In this document: positions 57,675 through 64,000 of the stretch, one piece after another | How positions within the stretch are numbered: position 1 is the first letter of the stretch | How the letters are laid out: each line of letters begins with the position of its first letter | Source: a virus | Taxonomy: Duplodnaviria > Heunggongvirae > Uroviricota > Caudoviricetes | IMG/VR virus record: IMGVR_UViG_3300010882_000010 | Direction: 5' to 3' (one strand) | Length of the DNA: 64,000 nt | Notes under the pieces: generated by a model | What the model saw: only the letters and a program-made list of their open reading frames with translations | Database searches by the model: none | What the model was told of the DNA's origin: nothing | Translations under genes and position numbers: made by a program

Positions 57675-59954
57675 ATGTCAATGAATTTAGTTACATCTAA
57701 GTACTTGCAAATCAATGATTGGTGCATGATAGAATACAGTTATGCAGCCATGAATCTTGATCCTACACAAGGTAAAGTTGAAAATGCTATTCCTACAACC
57801 GGAGAAAAAGGTGTGGGTATCTACAGATTAACTAACAACATAACAAAAGAATTTCAGTTTGTTAATTTTCCAGATTCTCCTGGAGATTTAAGACCAGATT
57901 TAGGCAATGGATTGAATTGGAATTTAATACCGACCAATACAACACAAGGAAGATGGGCTACAAGCAATATTATCGGTTCTTTAGAGTTTAATCCAGACTC
58001 AATTCACAACTTGAAAGGTGGTGATCCTATTCCAATTACAAGGAATTACATCCTTGAAGACATATCTAAAGAAATTTTAAATGATGGTAAAAATCAAGTA
58101 AAGTATGATATTATTAAAATTCACATCTTATCAGGTTACAATTTAGAAGGAGTTGATGGTTTTATTTTAGATGTTAGTTTTTTAGAGTCTTCAAAGAAAA
58201 AGACCAAAGTTTCAACAGCAGCATATCTTAGAAACAATACTTTTCAAAAGCCGACTTTTAATCCTAATCCAATTATGATGGGTGAAAGGATGTATGATAA
58301 GTACTTGACTATTTACGTTCCATCTCTTTACAAAGTACAACAAGAATTAACCACAAACAAAAGGTCCTTAGCAAATCTTTTCAGTCATCCGGTAATTCCA
58401 GACAGTACAACTCTTTTACCAGGTGGATTTCTTAAAGGTTCTACTATCTACTTGACACTTAAAGAGATATTGTATGAAGAAACAAAAGATAAGGTAGATT
58501 TTTACACTATTAAAAATTCAGTTGAAACTACTGTAAATCCAGCAGATACTTACAGTTTTCTTTCTTGTACTATTAGAGAATCTGAATTAGGAGATTTCTT
58601 TGAATACTTTCCAACATGGCAAGGTGAGTTTCTTGATGATTACATTACATTCTTAAACAGTACACAAGGATATGGTTGGACTGTAATTCACAATATCAAA
58701 GTAGTAGAACAAATTGGTAGTCAATTCTTTACAACATCAGATTTAACAATACCACAATCTTCGGATTTCACAAAACCTAGTTATTTTAGACCTATTATTT
58801 TACGTTCTGGCGAGGCTTTTGCTTTTTCACTACTTTACACTATGCGTTTGTTTAATACTAACACGGGTGAGCAAGTTTTACGTGTAGCAAGTGTAACTTC
58901 TCATGAACCTAAAAAGTATGGTTTGAGTTCAAAGAGAATTAAAATTGATGAAGGAATACAACCATTTAATGTTTACAATAAGATAGTAAATGAGACTTTA
59001 ACACCTACTTCTTTTGGAATTACAAGAACAGAGAACATGTTTACAACTAAATTCATACCTACTTACATCGACAGAAGAATGATAGCCGTGAACATGACAA
59101 ATTCTGTAGCACCTCAATTAGATACAGTAATCTATGGACAAGGAAAATGTCATATCCAATTAACAAAATTTGATAATGTTTTCAAGTTTGTAGTTCTTAA
59201 TATTGAAGGAACAAGTACTTTACCAATGAATTTATCAGGTTCTAAGATTTTCATGAAATTTGTGCAAGATAATGATCAAGATATTACAATAAAGCAAATT
59301 ACGTCAGAAGATGTACAAGGTAATATGGGAGAGTTAGTTTTCAATATTATGAAAGAAGATGCTATTAAAATTTTGAAAATTAAGAATGATAAGAGTTTTT
59401 ATATTGTAATAAAGCAAGATAATTCATCTATGGAAACTGTAATTTACTCGGGTACTTTTGACAAGTTTGTGAAGGGGGTTGAAATTGATGAAGAAACGGC
59501 TAAACCATTGGAAATTAAGCTTAATGAAGAACAAGAAAAAATTGACAGATTAGAAGAAGAGTACAAAGAAAAACTTGCTGAACTTGAAGTTTTATTGGAA
59601 AATAATGAACAATTGAGAGAAAATCTTAATGAAGAAATTGAAAGTTACAGAAGAAGATTAGAACCGGAAATATCAGTAGTAGATGATACAATTGATGTAA
59701 CAGGAAATTTGTCAGACAGAGAAGCAAGAATGGATGAAAGAGAAACAAGACCATTAATCCATCCATTAATCCCAGAAGTTGTTGCAAATTCTGACATCAA
59801 CATAGGAACATCAATTGCAACTACAAATCCAATTCGTTTTATTACGCCGGTTTCTGTAAGTGCACAAAACAAGCCTGATATTTTCATAGCACAACCACCT
59901 CCAACAGTTACAACAATAGCAACAACTACAAGTACTCAAAATAATGCAAAATAA
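57675..59954 (+). CDS. Virion structural protein with C-terminal coiled coil
   Basis: 759 aa in the structural cluster. Confidence 0.55.
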   Translation: MSMNLVTSKYLQINDWCMIEYSYAAMNLDPTQGKVENAIPTTGEKGVGIYRLTNNITKEFQFVNFPDSPGDLRPDLGNGLNWNLIPTNTTQGRWATSNIIGSLEFNPDSIHNLKGGDPIPITRNYILEDISKEILNDGKNQVKYDIIKIHILSGYNLEGVDGFILDVSFLESSKKKTKVSTAAYLRNNTFQKPTFNPNPIMMGERMYDKYLTIYVPSLYKVQQELTTNKRSLANLFSHPVIPDSTTLLPGGFLKGSTIYLTLKEILYEETKDKVDFYTIKNSVETTVNPADTYSFLSCTIRESELGDFFEYFPTWQGEFLDDYITFLNSTQGYGWTVIHNIKVVEQIGSQFFTTSDLTIPQSSDFTKPSYFRPIILRSGEAFAFSLLYTMRLFNTNTGEQVLRVASVTSHEPKKYGLSSKRIKIDEGIQPFNVYNKIVNETLTPTSFGITRTENMFTTKFIPTYIDRRMIAVNMTNSVAPQLDTVIYGQGKCHIQLTKFDNVFKFVVLNIEGTSTLPMNLSGSKIFMKFVQDNDQDITIKQITSEDVQGNMGELVFNIMKEDAIKILKIKNDKSFYIVIKQDNSSMETVIYSGTFDKFVKGVEIDEETAKPLEIKLNEEQEKIDRLEEEYKEKLAELEVLLENNEQLRENLNEEIESYRRRLEPEISVVDDTIDVTGNLSDREARMDERETRPLIHPLIPEVVANSDINIGTSIATTNPIRFITPVSVSAQNKPDIFIAQPPPTVTTIATTTSTQNNAK

Positions 59955-60502
59955 TGATACTCAGTGCAAAAAACAATAATTTTCGAGTTGAATTAAGTTC
60001 TGAGTTTTTTGATGAAGAAGTTATCAAAAAGTACGAGTTTGTTATTAAAAACTTACCATCTCCATACAAAACAATTAGAAATTACATCAATGCAGGTATT
60101 CAAGAATTTAGTCTACCGAGTATCAGTTTACCTATTGTAGAGCAAGTTAACATCCATAATGTGGTAACACCGTGGAAGGGAAAGGGTAATATGGAGTATA
60201 ATACAGAAAAAGATATGAATATTACATGGAAATTATATGAAGGATATTTGAATTGGTTTATAATGCAAGATATTTTACAAAATTTTTATAAATATACACA
60301 AAGAAAACAATTTATGCCGGATATTATTTTAAGTTTATTAGATAATCAAGGATATGAATTAGTTGCTATTAAATATACTGGAATAATTTATTATGGTATA
60401 TCTGAATTAAATTTAAGTTTTTCTTCAAATATACCAGAGTTTAATACATTTACTTGTAATTTTAGAGCAAGAGATTTTGAAATTTTAAGAAGAATACAAT
60501 AA
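59954..60502 (+). CDS. Tail tube-fold protein (gp19/gp3-like)
   Basis: IQEFSLPSISL, ITWKLYE..LNW..M, LSLLD and FTCNF pattern. Confidence 0.6.
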   Translation: MILSAKNNNFRVELSSEFFDEEVIKKYEFVIKNLPSPYKTIRNYINAGIQEFSLPSISLPIVEQVNIHNVVTPWKGKGNMEYNTEKDMNITWKLYEGYLNWFIMQDILQNFYKYTQRKQFMPDIILSLLDNQGYELVAIKYTGIIYYGISELNLSFSSNIPEFNTFTCNFRARDFEILRRIQ

Positions 60503-60518
60503 ATTATTTTTAAAAGAT

Positions 60519-60528
60519 GAATATATAA
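60519..60528 (+). promoter_or_regulatory. Late-type promoter variant GAATATATAA
   Basis: Resembles the GAATARATA consensus but contains TATA; lies in a TATA-rich island. Confidence 0.4.
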
Positions 60529-60552
60529 TTTAAAAGTAATTGTATATTCTTT

Positions 60553-61624
60553 ATGAAAAAAGACGAATTAAAAGTATTATTTAAAGATAAAAATAATAAA
60601 CGTATAAAGAAAAATCATTATAAGATTTATTTACAATATAAAGAAGAAATTGATAAACTTTTTCCAAATGTTAGTACAGATTTACATTTAGAAAAAGTTT
60701 ATTTACTTTTTAATAATTTAGAAGAGCCACCTAAATGTCCTATTTGTAATGAAAATCGAAAATTTCAAGGAAAATTTTATTATGATACATGTTGTAAAAA
60801 AGACTGTATTTTTAAATTAAAATCAACAATATTAAAAGAATTATATCAAAATAGATCAGAAGAAGAAAAACAACAAACTATCGAAAAAAGAAAAGAAACA
60901 AATAATATAGTTTATGGGGGTAATTCTTCAATGAGTTTATTAGAAATTAGAGAAAAAGTAAGTAATTCACATCAAAATAGATCAGAAGAAGAAAAACAAC
61001 AAACTATCAAAAAAAGAAAAGAAACAAACTTAGATCTTTATAATGTTGAATTTCCATTACAATATAAAGAATTTAGTGACAAACAGAAAAATTCATTAAA
61101 TGAAAAATCAGATGAAGAATGGATAGAAATAATAAATAAAAGAAATATTACAAATTATTTAAAAACTGATGAAGAAAAACAATTAACAAAAGATAGAAGA
61201 AAAGAAACATTTTTAATTAAATATGGTGTTGAAAATCCATCGCAACTTTTTGATGTTCATATAAAACAACAAAAAAGAGCGGGCAAAAAATAATAAAATT
61301 AAATTACCTAATGGATTAATATATCAAGGGAGTTATGAATTAGATTTTCTTGAATATTGTAAAGAATTAAATTTATTAAATAATTTAGAAAATGCTCCAA
61401 GAATAACTTATAATTTTAATAATAAAAATCATTATTATTTTCCCGATTTTTATATAAGATCTTTAAATTTAATAATTGAAATAAAATCTTGGTATACCTA
61501 TGAATTAAATAAAGAAGAATGTAAATTAAAAGAAAAAGAAACTATTAATCAGGGATATAAATATCTATTAATTATGGATAAAAACTATACTGAATTTAAT
61601 AAATACATAGATAAAATAAGTTAA
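60553..61624 (+). pseudogene. Free-standing homing-type endonuclease (Zn-finger + repeats + PD-(D/E)xK), split by a +1 frameshift
   Basis: ORF 60553-61293 has CPIC..CC..C and KETN...YG repeats. Frame +1 at 61289-61624 encodes YQGSYE..F...HYYFPDFYI...IIEIKS. Removing one A from the A6 run at 61285-61290 fuses them. Confidence 0.75.
60845..61028 (+). repeat. 58-nt direct repeat (period 126 nt) inside the endonuclease gene
   Basis: 60845-60902 vs 60971-61028, one mismatch; encodes QNRSEEEKQQTI(E/K)KRKETN. Confidence 0.9.
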
Positions 61625-61628
61625 TAAG

Positions 61629-61988
61629 ATGAGTAGTATAAAAACGTTTAATCAAGTTATAGTAGAAGAATTGAGATTCAGTCCAGAAAGACGATCAATG
61701 ATTTTTGAGAATGAGCAGATAGAACACCTATCAGATGAACAAGTAAAGGAAAGTGAAGAGATGTACCAAAAATTACAGGAACACTTTGAAAAAGGTGGAA
61801 CATGGGATAATCTTGATGAAGGAATTTTAGGAGCAATAGTAGGTACAATAACAGGTGCAACCATTGGTCCAAAAATTGGTGGATGGATATGCTCGGCTCT
61901 CGGAATCACAAAAGGTTTATTATGGGATTTGTTCAATAGTAGAATTTTTACTACATCTGTTGGTTTAATAGCAGGAAAAAGACTTTAA
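61629..61988 (+). CDS. Putative processed virion protein: acidic propeptide + glycine-zipper membrane peptide
   Basis: N-terminus MSSIKTFNQVIVEE; L-D-E then GILGAIVGTITGATIG... Confidence 0.6.
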   Translation: MSSIKTFNQVIVEELRFSPERRSMIFENEQIEHLSDEQVKESEEMYQKLQEHFEKGGTWDNLDEGILGAIVGTITGATIGPKIGGWICSALGITKGLLWDLFNSRIFTTSVGLIAGKRL

Positions 61989-62059
61989 TAATAGAATTAG
62001 ATATTAGAAAGATATTTTAGAAATTTAATTTGAGAGTTTAATAAAATATTAAAATTAAA

Positions 62060-62590
62060 ATGCGAATAGGGATCGATCCGGGTAAAACAGGAGCAATTGT
62101 AATATTAGAAAAAGAAAAAGAGCCGAAAATTTATGTTATTCCAACAATAAAAAATGAATTAGATATAAGAGAATTAGTTAATATTTTTGATAATATATTT
62201 AAAGAATCTAGTGATATTCATGTAGTAATAGAAGATGTACATGCAATTTTTGGAGCATCAGCGGGTGCTACTTTTGAATTTGGAAAAATTTGTGGTATTT
62301 TAGAAGGAATGTTGGCTTGTTATAAAGTTCCATATACAAAAATTCAACCTAAAATTTGGCAAAAAGAAATGTGGATTGGAGTTTCTGAAGTTCGTAATTT
62401 ATCAAAAATAAATAAAAATGGAAAAGAATCTAAAGGTAGAATTGACACAAAAGCAATGTCATTAATTGCTGCAAAAAGATTATTTCCAAATGTTAAATTA
62501 ACTGATCCTAAATCTTCGCGTGCTACAAAACCTCATTCTGGAATTTTCGATGCTTTATTAATAGCTGAATATTGTAAAAGAAAATTTTAA
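62060..62590 (+). CDS. ruvC: RuvC-like Holliday junction resolvase
   Basis: IGIDPGKTGA, VIEDVH, PKIWQK and DALLIAEY motifs. Confidence 0.85.
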   Translation: MRIGIDPGKTGAIVILEKEKEPKIYVIPTIKNELDIRELVNIFDNIFKESSDIHVVIEDVHAIFGASAGATFEFGKICGILEGMLACYKVPYTKIQPKIWQKEMWIGVSEVRNLSKINKNGKESKGRIDTKAMSLIAAKRLFPNVKLTDPKSSRATKPHSGIFDALLIAEYCKRKF

Positions 62591-62593
62591 ACT

Positions 62594-62622
62594 AAAACTA
62601 TTATCAAAAATTGAGTAATAAT
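62594..62622 (+). promoter_or_regulatory. Early/middle-type promoter AAAACTATT-N13-TAATAAT
   Basis: Same spacing with one mismatch. Confidence 0.65.
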
Positions 62623-62638
62623 ATTAAAATAATTGTAA

Positions 62639-62884
62639 ATGTTAACAGAAGCACACCAAACTTATCTTAAAGAACACATCTCAAAAATTAATTTAGTTTA
62701 TCAAGAGTTGACAGTATATCAAGATGAAATTAAAGTGCTACAAGAAAAATTAGAACAATCATTAAAAGAACTTGATACACTTAGAGATAATGAAAAAAAT
62801 TGGACAAAACTTTCAGCTGAAAATCTTAATATTTCAGAGTCAAAGTTTCTTCAAATAATATATGAATATATAAATAAAAAATAA
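62639..62884 (+). CDS. Small coiled-coil protein
   Basis: 81 aa with a heptad pattern. Confidence 0.65.
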   Translation: MLTEAHQTYLKEHISKINLVYQELTVYQDEIKVLQEKLEQSLKELDTLRDNEKNWTKLSAENLNISESKFLQIIYEYINKK

Positions 62885-63032
62885 AATTTGACACTTATAT
62901 ACTTTAATGTACCAAAATAAATTTCATTTTCATTATACGATTGTATAAGATTTAGATTTCATTTATCTTGGTGAATAATAAATATTTATATATTTATTTC
63001 GGTGAGAAATTGGCATTTTTAAATGAAATTCT

Positions 63033-63788
63033 ATGGGAAGAGTAAGAACTTTTATAAATGGGAAAGAAATTGGACATATGTTTTTGGCCGGAAAAGAAGT
63101 ACAGGTTGCATACATAGATGGAAAAAAAGTTTATGAAAAACCACCTGAATTATTATTTTATGCTCCATTAACACAACATAAAAATGCCGTTTATGCGTGG
63201 GATAATAAACTTGGAATTTTAAGTGATAGTGGAACTGTTATCCAGAATAATGCTCTTTATTTACCTAATGCAAATAGTGGCATTATGTTCCAATCAACTG
63301 ATATAAATAAAAATGAACATATATTAGTAATTAGTTGTTACATAAATCCAATAAACTATAGCTACGGATTGGTTAATAATACTATGGTGGGTATATTGAA
63401 TCCATCAGTAGCTGCGAAAGGATATATTATGCAGGCAGGATCAAATGCAAGTTCATTAAACTTAAGTTTTTTTAATACAGCCAATATTGCAACGTTGACA
63501 CCTCCATTACCCAATAATGTTAATTCATTTGTAACAGCAAAAGTAATAAGTAAAAATAATTCATTAACAGGAAGTCTGTATATCAATGGAATACTTAAAG
63601 TAACAAGAACGATTAATTTACAAAATCCTGACATATTTAACGGAGGTCAGCATCCAAGCATTGGGTATTCTTTATTGAGAGGCTCTGTACAAGGCTATTA
63701 TAAGCAATTTTCAATATATAGTGGCGAATTAAGTGATAACGAAATTATGCAATTGTATCAAAATGGCGGAGTTCCACAAGGTTTTTAA
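63033..63788 (+). CDS. LamG/concanavalin-A-like domain protein
   Basis: LLFYAPL, LYING and G....FSIYSGELSDNEIMQLY motifs. Confidence 0.75.
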   Translation: MGRVRTFINGKEIGHMFLAGKEVQVAYIDGKKVYEKPPELLFYAPLTQHKNAVYAWDNKLGILSDSGTVIQNNALYLPNANSGIMFQSTDINKNEHILVISCYINPINYSYGLVNNTMVGILNPSVAAKGYIMQAGSNASSLNLSFFNTANIATLTPPLPNNVNSFVTAKVISKNNSLTGSLYINGILKVTRTINLQNPDIFNGGQHPSIGYSLLRGSVQGYYKQFSIYSGELSDNEIMQLYQNGGVPQGF

Positions 63789-63793
63789 ATTTC

Positions 63794-64000
63794 TCACAAA
63801 ACCTCTAAAAACTTGAACCCTATTTGGTATGTTTCCTTATCTGATAGTTTTTCTTCATTAATTGGTTTTGAAAAATAACCTTTACCTTCAATTCCTAAAA
63901 ATTGATTTCTTTGATTTTCCTTTTTACCCCCCTTATCTTTCGGAATCCAAATATCAACCAATAACAAAGCATAGAGAGAATACTCCAAAGCAATTTTATC
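63794..64000 (-). CDS. Hypothetical protein (5' partial, starts beyond the window)
   Basis: Frame is open from 64000 to the TGA at 63794-63796. Confidence 0.5.
   Translation of the reverse strand, partial: DKIALEYSLYALLLVDIWIPKDKGGKKENQRNQFLGIEGKGYFSKPINEEKLSDKETYQIGFKFLEVL

Noticed and set aside
695-63634. Numerous short antisense or alternate-frame ORFs in the track (e.g. 695-985, 5727-5996, 10252-10482, 14380-16218 set, 32807-33241, 48649-49011, 56223-56462, 61652-61936, 63362-63634)
   Set aside because: They overlap well-supported genes, have shadow-ORF composition and lack promoter motifs.
1-64000. Stop-codon reassignment as in some jumbo phages
   Set aside because: Genes are long and densely packed under code 11, and TAG and TGA end genes at sensible boundaries. 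The one broken gene is a frameshift, not an in-frame stop.
1-64000. CRISPR array, tRNA/rRNA genes, DGR or retron
   Set aside because: No regularly spaced repeats with unique spacers, no cloverleafs and no reverse transcriptase motifs were seen. The late-promoter repeats are dispersed, not arrayed.

Overview
A 64 kb segment of a large, AT-rich, T4-like (contractile-tail) jumbo phage genome, read with the standard genetic code and almost entirely on the + strand. A Bacteroidota host is inferred: most genes lack a Shine-Dalgarno site, and there is a TM plus C-terminal beta-strand lysis-type protein and a lipoprotein. Positions 1-14 kb hold small accessory genes: DUF2828/vWA, Hsp20, a solo TnpB, a SAM-lyase-like protein, a dNMP kinase, a DUF932-like protein, a PD-(D/E)xK nuclease and a GNAT. 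Positions 14-60 kb hold baseplate, neck and tail genes (gp53-, gp27-, gp5-, gp13-, gp6- and gp7-like, collagen tail fibre). These are interleaved with enzymes: GT2, ribosomal S1-like protein, MTase fragment, amidoligase, ATP-grasp, carboxyethyl-ornithine-synthase-like protein and a 3'-5' exonuclease. Positions 60-64 kb hold a frameshifted free-standing endonuclease, RuvC and a LamG protein. Two promoter classes can be read directly from the DNA: late-type GGAATARATAGTAAAA and early/middle-type AAAACTWTT-N13-TARTAAT. The best candidate for a new system is a dispersed set of about 8 genes whose N-termini resemble the T4 capsid-targeting sequence (MKTYQEFIAE). This implies an enzyme payload packaged in the head and injected at infection: SAM lyase, GNAT, ATP-grasp ligase, a polyprotein with an RNase-like domain and a glycine-zipper peptide. 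The second major signal is strong depletion of the 4-mer TATA in the core genome, with sharply bounded TATA-rich islands. No tRNA, rRNA or CRISPR array was seen. All family calls are by-eye motif recognition, not database searches.
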